Below, one piece after another: positions 38,716-47,466 of a stretch of DNA of 64,000 nt. Position 1 is the first letter of the stretch. Every line of letters begins with the position of its first letter. The DNA lies in the NCBI GenBank assembly GCA_963709345.1, contig CAVPVX010000002.1, positions 352,001 to 416,000 of the forward strand. Direction: 5' to 3'. A model generated the notes under the pieces. That model was not told the origin of the DNA and did not search any database. It saw nothing but the letters and a program-made list of their open reading frames with translations. Origin of the DNA: an uncultured Actinomycetes bacterium. Lineage in GTDB: Bacteria; Actinomycetota; Thermoleophilia; UBA2241. The position numbers and the translations under genes are program-made.

Positions 38716-39663
38716 TCACCCGGAGGTCAAGCGGTACCGCTTGAGCTTCTTCTTGCCGTCGAGATCGACCACGACTCCCGCGACCATGCCCTCGACGTAG
38801 GAACTGCCGGGGTTGATGGCGAGCGTGCGACCGATGCGCACCGCGGCCCTGCTCTCGTGGATGTGGCCGTGCAGCGAGAGGATCGGCTGGACCTCCTCGA
38901 TCACCTCCTTGACCGCCGTGGAACCGACGTGAGCCGAATCCTGACCCTGGACCGTCAGCGTCTCCCAGTCGATCTTGGGAGCTACGTCCAGTTGCGTGTC
39001 GTACGGCGGCGCATGCAGCCCGAGCACGAGGCGCTCGGGGTCCACCGTCGCCTGCTTGACGATGCCCATCAGACGCTCCTTGAGCTTGGGCTCATCCTCC
39101 TCGCGCGGGGTGTCCCACGGTGTGAGGTTGGTCCAGCCGCTGGAGGCCAGCTGGTACCCTCCCGGCAGGTCGAGGACGTTACCCTCGCCGACCTGCATGG
39201 TCTTGGACCTCGCGAGGATCGCGTCGATGTCGTGGCGGTCGTCGTTGCCCGGGCACACGATGCACTGGAGGCCGGAGCCCTCGAGCCTCTCGTCGGCCCA
39301 TCCCACCCAGCTCTCGATCGTCTTGCGCATCTGCTCGTGGAAGAGCTCCTCGAGCTTGTCCTCGTCGGTCGTGTACTCGTCGCGCTCCTCGGGCGTGAGG
39401 GCGACAGGGTAGTAGCCGTGGTCGCGGATCAGCCGCTCCGCCTGTGCGAGAGCGTCCGCCCCGGCGACCTCGTGGCTCAGGTCCTGCATGTGGTAGCGCC
39501 ACTGCTCAGGGCCTGTCTGCACGATGGGGATGATGGCCTTGCCGGTCATGTCCCCGCCCAGGATCAGGACGTCGGCCTCGTAGTGCTTGGCCGAGTTGAT
39601 GAACTTGCGCCAGCAGACCTCCGATCCATGGACGTCCGTGGCGAAGAAGATCCTTACCGTCAC
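38716..39663 (-). CDS. Icc-like metallophosphoesterase
   Basis: TDVHG, GGDMTGK, PGNDD, HAPPY, LHGHIHE, INPGS. Confidence 0.9.
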   Translation of the reverse strand: MTVRIFFATDVHGSEVCWRKFINSAKHYEADVLILGGDMTGKAIIPIVQTGPEQWRYHMQDLSHEVAGADALAQAERLIRDHGYYPVALTPEERDEYTTDEDKLEELFHEQMRKTIESWVGWADERLEGSGLQCIVCPGNDDRHDIDAILARSKTMQVGEGNVLDLPGGYQLASSGWTNLTPWDTPREEDEPKLKERLMGIVKQATVDPERLVLGLHAPPYDTQLDVAPKIDWETLTVQGQDSAHVGSTAVKEVIEEVQPILSLHGHIHESRAAVRIGRTLAINPGSSYVEGMVAGVVVDLDGKKKLKRYRLTSG

Positions 39664-39881
39664 GCCCTACCCCCTTTCGCCGCATACGCGGGTGTCGTGA
39701 TGTACCGTACCCGACGGCCGGTCACGTGTGCGCGCGGCGCGCGTGTCACGCTTCGGCCTGCCGGTTCGCGTGGCCGCAGCCGCCGCGTCCGCCGCGCGTG
39801 GCGCGGCGGACGGTCGGCGGCGGGACGCTCCCGTGGCTCATGCAGCTCTGCCTTGTGACGCCTGCATGTGCGCGACTCGGA

Positions 39882-41264
39882 TCACGAGACGGGGACCTCC
39901 AGACCCATGGCGGCGAGCTCGGAGCGCACCTCGTCCATGGCCTTCTGGTAGTCGGCGTTCGCGATCTTCTTGGTCTTCATGTCGTAGACCTGCTGGAACG
40001 TCATGCCCTTGTCCGGGTCCTTGAGCTTGTCGCCGAACAGCGGGAACAGCTTCTGGGCGATGGGCTCGGCCTGGGCGCGCGTGAGCTTGGAGGCGGCCAG
40101 ACCGATCTCCGCATGGAACTTGTGGTCGTCGGGGACGAGCGAGTCCGACTGGACGGCCATCGCCGGGTGCCCCGAAAAGACGTTTCCACCAGAAGTCACG
40201 ACAGCGAGCATATAGCACGCCATTTCGTAATGGTACTGCTTCGTGCCCGAGCCCCCGCCGAGGTACGGCAGGTTGACCATCGGGTAGCCCATGTTGCGAC
40301 CGACCGCGGCGTTCGACATGGCGATCGCCCAGATGAGCGGCTTCGTCGACGAGAGGTGCAGCTTGCTGTGCAGCGGAGCGTTGTAGTGGTAGCTGCCACG
40401 GAAGATCAGGTTTCCCATGATCATGTACGCGGTCGCCGTCACGGCCACGCCCTCGGCGCCGCCCGCGTAGCCCGCGAAGAGGGGCGTCGAGGTGGAGCCG
40501 ATGTTGGCGCTGATGCTGTTGTAGAAGGCGACCTTCTGCAGCGCCTCGTAGCCCACGACCATCTCGGAGAGGAAGTCGATGAGGAAGCCGTCGCTCCGGC
40601 GCAGGCCGAACTCGGGATAGCTGGCCGCGAACATCGAGGCCGGCTGGGAGGCCGCGGAGATGCCGTTGATGATCGGCAGGCCGGCGCGGCCGGAGCGGCG
40701 GATGCCCTCACGCGCGAGACGCACCGTCTTGCAGGCGGAGAGGATCTCCTGCGGCGAGCGCACACGCGAGTCCTTGCCGCGAAGGTGCAGGATCGAGGGC
40801 ACGCTGACGGAGTCCACGATGTTGTAGGACGCCATCTTCTCGACGGTGTCGACATAGACCTGCTCGTCGGTCGTGTAGATGCCGCCGCCGACGTGCACCC
40901 ACGGCCGGTCGTCGATCGTGTCGGGGCGGCGGCCGCGCATGATGTTGCGCTCGCGGCCCTCGCCGAACGTGGTCGCCTTGGGGCACTGCTCGCAGGCGAG
41001 CACGATCTCGTCACGCGTGAACTCCATCACGCGGTTCGTCTCAGGGCAGTAGGCGCCGGCCTCGGCGATGAGGTCGACAGCTGCCTCGAAGACCGCATCG
41101 GTGAGCGTGTCGTCCGGGTTGATGATGGTCTCTTTGTCCCACTTCACCTTGTGCCGCGAGATGACCTCGCTGAGCTTGGGGACGTAGCGCTTCATGTAGT
41201 AGTCGGTCTCGGAGGTGAGCGGGCCGGTCTCGGCGCGGTCGAACACCTCGATAAGGTCGATCAT
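39882..41264 (-). CDS. mtmB: Monomethylamine:corrinoid methyltransferase (MtmB) family protein lacking pyrrolysine
   Basis: DRAETGP, GAYCPETNRVMEFTRDEI, FGEGRE, SPQEI, PLFAGYAGGAEG, GMTFQQVYDMKT; uninterrupted 460-aa frame with SGRAGLPIING where the archaeal enzyme has AGRPGMGVOG. Confidence 0.88.
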   Translation of the reverse strand: MIDLIEVFDRAETGPLTSETDYYMKRYVPKLSEVISRHKVKWDKETIINPDDTLTDAVFEAAVDLIAEAGAYCPETNRVMEFTRDEIVLACEQCPKATTFGEGRERNIMRGRRPDTIDDRPWVHVGGGIYTTDEQVYVDTVEKMASYNIVDSVSVPSILHLRGKDSRVRSPQEILSACKTVRLAREGIRRSGRAGLPIINGISAASQPASMFAASYPEFGLRRSDGFLIDFLSEMVVGYEALQKVAFYNSISANIGSTSTPLFAGYAGGAEGVAVTATAYMIMGNLIFRGSYHYNAPLHSKLHLSSTKPLIWAIAMSNAAVGRNMGYPMVNLPYLGGGSGTKQYHYEMACYMLAVVTSGGNVFSGHPAMAVQSDSLVPDDHKFHAEIGLAASKLTRAQAEPIAQKLFPLFGDKLKDPDKGMTFQQVYDMKTKKIANADYQKAMDEVRSELAAMGLEVPVS

Positions 41265-41301
41265 GTCGTGCTCCTCGCTCTCGTCGGGGTCTGGCGCAGT
41301 C

Positions 41302-41949
41302 TCAGGAGACCAGCTTGGTGGACAGGGTCACGGCCTCGTACGCCGTCGCGGCCCAACCGTCGGCGCCGATGGTGTCGGCCCACTCCTTGGTGGTCGCGCC
41401 GCCGCCGATGATCACCTTGAAGTCATCACGCTTGCCCTGGTCCTTGAGCGCGTCGATCACGTCGCGCTGACCCACCAGGGTCGTCGTGAGCAGGGCCGAC
41501 ATGGCGATGATGTCGGCGTCGACCTCCTTGGCCTTGTCGACGAACTGGAACAGGTCGACGTCGATGCCGAGATCCCACACCTCGAAACCCGAGGTCTCGT
41601 ACAGGAGCTTGAGGATGTTCTTGCCGATGGAGTGGAGGTCACCCTTGACGGTGCCGAGAACGATCTTGCCCTTCTTCTCACCCTCGGCGCCGGCTTCCTT
41701 GATCTTGGGCTCGAGGATGACCATCGCCGACTGGAAGGCGAGGGCCGCCTGCATGAGTTCGGGGAGGAAGATGTCCTCGCACTCGAACTGCTCGCCGATC
41801 ACGTTGAGGCCCGGCAGCAGCCCCTTGTCGATGACGGCCTTGGCCTCGACGCCGTCGGCGAGGGCCGCGTTGACGGCCGCGAGGACCTGATCCTCGTCCT
41901 GGTCGATGATCGACTGCTTCAGCTTGTCGAAGTGGTCTGCGTCCGCCAT
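41302..41949 (-). CDS. Methyltransferase cognate corrinoid protein (MtbC/MttC-like)
   Basis: IFLPELM, GTVKGDLHSIGKNI (DxHxxG), DLGID, MSALLTTT, IIGGG, IGADG. Confidence 0.95.
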   Translation of the reverse strand: MADADHFDKLKQSIIDQDEDQVLAAVNAALADGVEAKAVIDKGLLPGLNVIGEQFECEDIFLPELMQAALAFQSAMVILEPKIKEAGAEGEKKGKIVLGTVKGDLHSIGKNILKLLYETSGFEVWDLGIDVDLFQFVDKAKEVDADIIAMSALLTTTLVGQRDVIDALKDQGKRDDFKVIIGGGATTKEWADTIGADGWAATAYEAVTLSTKLVS

Positions 41950-42096
41950 GGAATGCACCCCTTGGTCCGATTGAACATTGCCCGGCCGCGTTCCGGCGGC
42001 CGCGTGACTGGTCGGGACTTCGTCTCAGCTCTTCGTGTCAGTCCGTCCTTGGTAGAGCCTTCGGCCGCTCAGGCCGCTCACTAGCGTCTGCGCCGA

Positions 42097-43548
42097 TCAG
42101 TCCTCCAGCGGAGTCGCGTCGCCGGCCACGAGGCCGGCGAAGCGCTCTCTGATCTCCGCGTCGAGTACGGCGTCCCAGGCGGCGCCGTTGGGCTCCGCCA
42201 GGATGCGACGCGCCTCGGCGAGGGCGCGGTCGTTGATGACCGGCCGGCCCGCGTCCTCCCACTGCTGGCGCATATCGCGGTTGGCCAGCTTGGGCAGTAC
42301 GGCGGTCGTCTTCATGCGCGCCTTGGTGTGCTTGCGGCCCATGTAGCTGCCACCGGGGCCGACGGCGGCGATCTCGTCGAGGGCGAGATTCTCCTCGCTG
42401 AACTCCAGGCCGCGATAGGCGCGCTTGTCCATGATCGCGATCTCGTTGTCGACGACCGCCTTGGCGAAGTCGAAGGCCATGAGCGAACTGAAGAGGCCGC
42501 CCATGTTGAGCAGGGTGGCGCCGGCCGCGACGCCGAGCACCGTGTTCATGCCGGTCTCGTAGCCCGCCTGGGCGTCGTTCGAGTGTGAGTTGGTGAGGCC
42601 GATGTACCCGCCCGAGGGCACCCCGTAGAACCGCGCCAGCTGAGCCTGCGCCGCGAGAAGCATGCCCGTCTCGATGGCACCCGGCGCATAGGCGCCGGTG
42701 CGCATGTCGGCGACCGTCGGCAGGCTCGCATAGATGATCGGCGTGCCCTCCTTGACCATCTGCTGGAACACGGTGATGGCGAGGAACTCGGCGTTGCCGA
42801 CCACGAGGGTGCCCATCAGCGTCATGGGCGAGGTGAGGCCGGCGTTCGGCACCACCGTCGTGTACACGGGCAGCCCCCGCTCCGTGAGCCACATGACCGC
42901 CTCGGTGGAATCGACGTCCATGGTGAGCGGGCTGACCATCGGGCAGTAGTGGTGGTTGATGATCGGCCGCTCGGCGTAGGCGTCCTTGCCGCCGGCGATG
43001 AGCTCACCAAGCTCGATGATCTGGCGCAGGTCGTCCATGTTCGGCGTGTTGCTGCGCACGGGCTTGAGGCAGTTCTTGAGGGCCGGGTAGAACCGGCTCA
43101 AGCTGAACTGCCCCTCGGGCGCGTCGTCGGCCAGGGTCGAGATGCTGAACACGTCGAACCCGGGCAACTCGTTGATGAGGTGGGCGATGTTGGCGATGTC
43201 CGTGGACGTCGCGCGACGCTCGACTCCCGTGACAGGGTCGACCACGTTGGGCGCCGACGAGCCGGTGACGACGATGGGGCCGTCATCGGGGATCGTGCGG
43301 TCGAACTGCGGGTCGCGGCCGCGGAACGTGAAGCTCGGCGGCGCCAGCTTGCGGTACTTCTCGACGACGTCGGCCGGCATGCGCACCAGGCCGGTATCGT
43401 CGTCCACCGTGCAGCCGTGCGTCTTGAACACCTGTCGTGCGGGAGCGAAGTGGGCAAGAATGCCCACCGTCTCGAGCACCTCGAGTGAGGCCTCGTGCGT
43501 GCGCCGTACCTCGGCCTCAGTGAGCATCTCGACGTACTTCATGGTCAT
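42097..43548 (-). CDS. mttB: MttB-superfamily methyltransferase, non-pyrrolysine type
   Basis: ATGA overlap with the kinase; HEASLEVLETVG, AGLTSPMTLMG, NAEFLA, DMRTG, GLTNSHSNDAQAGYE (Leu318 at the Pyl-equivalent site), VGPGG. Confidence 0.92.
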   Translation of the reverse strand: MTMKYVEMLTEAEVRRTHEASLEVLETVGILAHFAPARQVFKTHGCTVDDDTGLVRMPADVVEKYRKLAPPSFTFRGRDPQFDRTIPDDGPIVVTGSSAPNVVDPVTGVERRATSTDIANIAHLINELPGFDVFSISTLADDAPEGQFSLSRFYPALKNCLKPVRSNTPNMDDLRQIIELGELIAGGKDAYAERPIINHHYCPMVSPLTMDVDSTEAVMWLTERGLPVYTTVVPNAGLTSPMTLMGTLVVGNAEFLAITVFQQMVKEGTPIIYASLPTVADMRTGAYAPGAIETGMLLAAQAQLARFYGVPSGGYIGLTNSHSNDAQAGYETGMNTVLGVAAGATLLNMGGLFSSLMAFDFAKAVVDNEIAIMDKRAYRGLEFSEENLALDEIAAVGPGGSYMGRKHTKARMKTTAVLPKLANRDMRQQWEDAGRPVINDRALAEARRILAEPNGAAWDAVLDAEIRERFAGLVAGDATPLED

Positions 43549-44762
43549 CCCCCCTCCCCCTCTGCGACCTCGAGTACGGATGCGGGCGCCTTGACACGCC
43601 CGGCCATAGCGGCGAGATCGTCGAGGCGGGCCTCGATGAAGTCGACGAACGCCACGTTGTGCTCGAGGAAGTAGAGGTACTCGTCGTCGTCCGGATCGCG
43701 GTCGATGTAGTAGGCGACGATGTCCCAACTGACCACGTAGAGCGCGGCGATCGCCAGCATGCGGGGCAGCGCGGCGAATTCGCCGTCGGTGAGCGGGCCG
43801 GGGGCCTCGGTGCGGGACGCCTCGTCCTGATAGGCCCTCAGGAAGATCTCCGCCTTGTCGAGTCGGAGCTCGCCGTCGTCCGCTTCCTTCCACGATGCGC
43901 AGAAGTAGACGATGCCGATGGCGATGTCGAAGACGCGGTAGTCGAGCTTGGCCCAGTCGAAGTCGAACAGACCGACGCCGTGCTCGTCACGCCACTTGAG
44001 GTTGCCGGGATGGTAGTCACAGAAGACGGGACAACGCGGCAGACCGTCGAGCTCGGGACCCAGCATAAGGCCGCGGTCGATCGCCGCGAGGATCCCCGGC
44101 AACTGTGAGAGGAAGTACTGGTCGTATTTGGTACCCTTCGTCCCCTCGGCATAGCCGTTGAACGTGGCGGACATGGCCGCGAGGTAGTCCATGATCGGCG
44201 GCTGTTCGCGGAACAACTCGCCGGGCTCGAAGTCATGGGCGGCCTGATGGAAGCGCGCCAGCAAGCGAGCAGCATCCTCGTACTCGGTGTCGGTGCAGCG
44301 GTTCTCGGTCCAGGTGTACTTGTCCTCGCCGGTCAGCATCTCGTACACGGCGAAGAAGCGCGGGACACGCTCGGCGCCGAGAAGCTCCTCGCGCGTGACC
44401 AGCGTGTCGCCCCCTCTGGTCTCGTAGACGCATGCGGGGAGCTCGAAGCCCTTGCCCCTGATGTGACGGACGAGCGCGTGCTCGTAGCGGATCTCGCGCT
44501 CGACCGTGCCGTACTTGTACTTGCGCACGAAGTTCCGGCGCTCCCCGTCGCCGTCCCTCGTGACGACGGCGAAGCTCAGGTTCTCGAAGCCGCCGAAGAT
44601 CTGTTCGACCCGGAGGACCTCTCCAAGGTCGTAGTCTGTCGCGACCACCTCGGCCAGCTGGCCGCTGAGGAACTCGACCTGGAGCGCGTCGCGAAGCTCG
44701 CCGGCGTCACTCGCAAGCCGAACGGCGACCTCGAAGAGCTCGTTCACTCGATCTACGTCCAC
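43545..44762 (-). CDS. APH/choline kinase/type II homoserine kinase-fold phosphotransferase
   Basis: GGFENLSF, FVRKY, IRYEHAL, LARFH, CDYHPGNL, LFDFDW, RVFDIA. Confidence 0.85.
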   Translation of the reverse strand: MDVDRVNELFEVAVRLASDAGELRDALQVEFLSGQLAEVVATDYDLGEVLRVEQIFGGFENLSFAVVTRDGDGERRNFVRKYKYGTVEREIRYEHALVRHIRGKGFELPACVYETRGGDTLVTREELLGAERVPRFFAVYEMLTGEDKYTWTENRCTDTEYEDAARLLARFHQAAHDFEPGELFREQPPIMDYLAAMSATFNGYAEGTKGTKYDQYFLSQLPGILAAIDRGLMLGPELDGLPRCPVFCDYHPGNLKWRDEHGVGLFDFDWAKLDYRVFDIAIGIVYFCASWKEADDGELRLDKAEIFLRAYQDEASRTEAPGPLTDGEFAALPRMLAIAALYVVSWDIVAYYIDRDPDDDEYLYFLEHNVAFVDFIEARLDDLAAMAGRVKAPASVLEVAEGEGG

Positions 44763-44874
44763 ACGGCCTCGGTTCCGTCGCAGCGGCGCGCATCGCGCGC
44801 CGGTCTCGCAGGCTCACACGCCTGCCCGTCGCGGTGGCGGAAAACCGCGGTTCGCAGCCCCCCGCAGCCGGTCA

Positions 44875-45669
44875 TCACACGACGATGCACTGCAATCCTC
44901 GCCGCGTGATCTCGTCTCGCACACCCCTGTCGACGCTGTCGTCGACCATCACTATGTCAACCCTGTCGAAGCCGCAGATGGCGACATCGGCGACGACGCC
45001 GATCTTGGAGGCGTCGGCCAGGGCCACGACGTCGCCCCGCGTCTGCGTGATCATGGCACGCTCCACGCCGGCCATGCTGACGGTCGGCGTCGTGAGACCT
45101 TCGGTAAGGTCGAATCCGTCGACGCCGAGGAGCATCCTGCTCGCGCGGAAGCGGCTGATGTGCTCCAGAGCGAGCGGTCCGCTGACCGCGTTCGAGCGCG
45201 GCCGGTACAGGCCACCGACGAGGATGACCTCGAGGCGCAGCCCTTTGGCTTCCTGGATGGCTCCGACATTGTGGGTGACGACGCGAGCTTCGAGCGCCGG
45301 GTCGACGTGGCTGAGGACCTTGGCGGCGGTGGTGCCCGAACTGAGGAAGACCGTCTCTCCGGGCCGGATGAGGGCGGCGGCGCTCTCGGCGATCCGCCGC
45401 TTCTCCTCGGTGTGCGTCGTCGCTCGCTCCACGTAGAGCGACTCCTCCACGAGGCGGCGCTTGAGAATAGCGCCGCCGTGCGTGCGCACGAGGACTCCCT
45501 CCGCCTCAAGCCGCTCGAGGTCTCTGCGGATGGTCATCCCAGACACACCAAGATCCTCGCTCAGCGAAGACACGCGGACCGCCTGCCGCTCCTCGACCAT
45601 GTCGATGATGCGCGCGCGACGCTCGGCGGGGATCATCTCATGGACTTCCGGGACATCTGGCGACGCCAC
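44875..45669 (-). CDS. DeoR/GlpR-family transcriptional regulator (start uncertain: 45636, 45669 or 45705)
   Basis: MIPAERRARI, VSGMTIRRDL, RTHGGA, EKRRIA, FLSSGTT, LADASKIG. Confidence 0.93.
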   Translation of the reverse strand: MASPDVPEVHEMIPAERRARIIDMVEERQAVRVSSLSEDLGVSGMTIRRDLERLEAEGVLVRTHGGAILKRRLVEESLYVERATTHTEEKRRIAESAAALIRPGETVFLSSGTTAAKVLSHVDPALEARVVTHNVGAIQEAKGLRLEVILVGGLYRPRSNAVSGPLALEHISRFRASRMLLGVDGFDLTEGLTTPTVSMAGVERAMITQTRGDVVALADASKIGVVADVAICGFDRVDIVMVDDSVDRGVRDEITRRGLQCIVV

Positions 45670-45698
45670 AGCCTCCCCCACTACTCGCGTCCTGCGGG

Positions 45699-45753
45699 CC
45701 GACAAGACCGAACAAAGTCGAACACATCATAGGCTCGCAGCCGCGAGTGTCAA
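45699..45753 (-). promoter_or_regulatory. Sigma-70-type promoter followed by a triple direct repeat (candidate DeoR/GlpR operator)
   Basis: TTGACA(45753-48)-N16-TATGAT(45731-26), then TGTTCG-N4-TGTTCG-N4-TGTCGG. Confidence 0.65.
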
Positions 45754-46072
45754 GCATTGCGTCCGGCAAAGGACATCTCCCTGGCTGATGCGTCACCCGG
45801 CACAGTCGCGCCTGTGGTCACACCCGAGGCCCAACGCCGGACACCCCCAGGCGACGGCGCGGCCCGCCTCGCGCACGCGAGATGAGACTCGAACGGCCGG
45901 GCGCTTCACTACCCACTGCTGCCATCCCGCGCCGGAGACGCCCACTGTTCACATCCTGCGGCGCCCGACCGTTCCCCGTGCGTGCACGGGAATCTCGCGT
46001 CAGCTCGACCGGACGATCGCCCGAGATCCTTGCTCGGCCGTTCGCCGGGCTCCATGCGGACCAGAGGCAATC

Positions 46073-46127
46073 TGAGCACTTTCGAGCATAACTGAACGAA
46101 GTCTACCGCCTTGTGGCCGCAGGTCAA
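46073..46127 (-). promoter_or_regulatory. Second upstream promoter with a similar triple repeat
   Basis: TTGACC-N16-TAGACT, then CGTTCA-N4-TGCTCG-N4-TGCTCA. Confidence 0.5.
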
Positions 46128-46160
46128 CCCCCCGCGTGGGCAAGCGACGCCCGGCGGCGC

Positions 46161-47174
46161 CTACTGACCCTGGAACGCCCAAGTGTAGGAAGGATCCCAC
46201 CAGGCGTGGCCGTAGCCCTTGCGGAGAGCCAGCGCGGTCGCCTTGATCTGCGCGGCGCCGTCGGTGATGCGCGCCGAGCGCCATGGGTTCCAGGAGCCGC
46301 GCCACGTGGTCGGAGCGTACTGGAAGAGGCCGTAGTAGCCGCCCGGGCCCACGATGGTGGCCGAGCCGCCCGACTCGATCATCATGAGGCGGTACATGCC
46401 GCGAGCGCTCACGCCGTTTCTCGCGGCGGCCGACTGGATGAGCGGCCACCACTGCCCGGAGCCGCCGCCGTCCTGATCGGGCGGCTCCACCGCCGGCTGC
46501 GGGGTGGCGGACTCGTCGGAGTCGTCGGAGTCGTCGGCCGCCAGCGCGACGAGCCGCCGGATGTCGGAGCGCACCCCGGCCAGCAGGCTGCGCCGTTCCT
46601 CGAGACGGCCGCGAATGGTCGTGAGCTCCGACTCGCACGTCCCGACCAGCTTCCGCGCCGTGCCCTCGTCTGCCTCGAGCTTGACGCTGCGGTCGACCAG
46701 CTCGCGCTTGGTACGCTCGATGGTGCGCAGGACGTCGCGGTCGCTGCGCGCGATGGCGCGCACCATGTTGAGCTGCCGGACCAGCTCGCCGAAGTCGGCG
46801 GCGGAGAAGAGGGCGTCGAGGGCGCCGATGTCCTCCTGCTTGTACAGCGCCACCGCGCGCACGGAGAGGGTCGCGCGGGCGATGCTCAGCTCGCGATAGG
46901 CGAGGCGTTGCCGGCGCCGATTGTCGACGAGCTGGGCCTTGACGGCCTCGAGCGACCGGGTCGCCTGCGAGTAGCGAGTGACGGCGGCGTCGATGCTGCC
47001 GTCCAGCGCCGCGACGTCGGCGGCCAGGGCGCGCGCCTTGTCGCGGTTCTTCTCGAGCTCACCGGTCCGCGCGACCACCGTCGTGGCCGCCGTAGCCCCC
47101 AGCAGCGCGAACGCGACGCACAGGACCGCCGGGATGAGGATTGCCAGACCGTGTCTCGGGTGGCTGCCTTGCAG
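46161..47174 (-). CDS. Secreted PcsB-like coiled-coil protein with C-terminal lytic transglycosylase (SLT/Rpf-like) domain
   Basis: Signal peptide, long coiled coil, LMMIESGG...YYGLFQY. The best RBS (AAGGAG) precedes CTG 47174; the ORF track start is 47318. Ends in TAG. Confidence 0.8.
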   Translation of the reverse strand: MQGSHPRHGLAILIPAVLCVAFALLGATAATTVVARTGELEKNRDKARALAADVAALDGSIDAAVTRYSQATRSLEAVKAQLVDNRRRQRLAYRELSIARATLSVRAVALYKQEDIGALDALFSAADFGELVRQLNMVRAIARSDRDVLRTIERTKRELVDRSVKLEADEGTARKLVGTCESELTTIRGRLEERRSLLAGVRSDIRRLVALAADDSDDSDESATPQPAVEPPDQDGGGSGQWWPLIQSAAARNGVSARGMYRLMMIESGGSATIVGPGGYYGLFQYAPTTWRGSWNPWRSARITDGAAQIKATALALRKGYGHAWWDPSYTWAFQGQ

Positions 47175-47368
47175 ACCGTCTCCTTGACAAGGCAGGCGCT
47201 CAGCAGCCGCCTGCCGCTCTATCCGTGGCGCACAGAGAACGCGCCGAGGGCGAAGTCGCAAACTATCACGGCAGTGCAAGGCGCTCAAGCGTGAGTGCGC
47301 GCCCTCGCCGTGACGCAACGTGCCCGCTGCGAGGCACGTGACGGCGTCGCTCGATTCACCGCCGGCTC

Positions 47369-47411
47369 TTGACAGGCTGACTCAACACATGGTGAAATCA
47401 ACACGCGTTGA
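47369..47411 (+). promoter_or_regulatory. Promoter with two palindromes (candidate TetR operator)
   Basis: TTGACA 47369-74; TCAAC-acat-GGTGA 47382-95 and TCAAC-acgc-GTTGA 47398-411. Confidence 0.55.
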
Positions 47412-47466
47412 GTTTATGCCACGGGGCTCGCCGCGGTCCGCCACGCAAACGTTGGAAGGGAGAGCC

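Noticed and set aside
34500-46160. tRNA-Pyl or pylS/B/C/D near the cluster
   Set aside because: I saw no CTCTAAA anticodon loop in the intergenic gaps and no ORF with Pyl biosynthesis motifs. The radical SAM at 52718 lacks BioB/PylB-like features.
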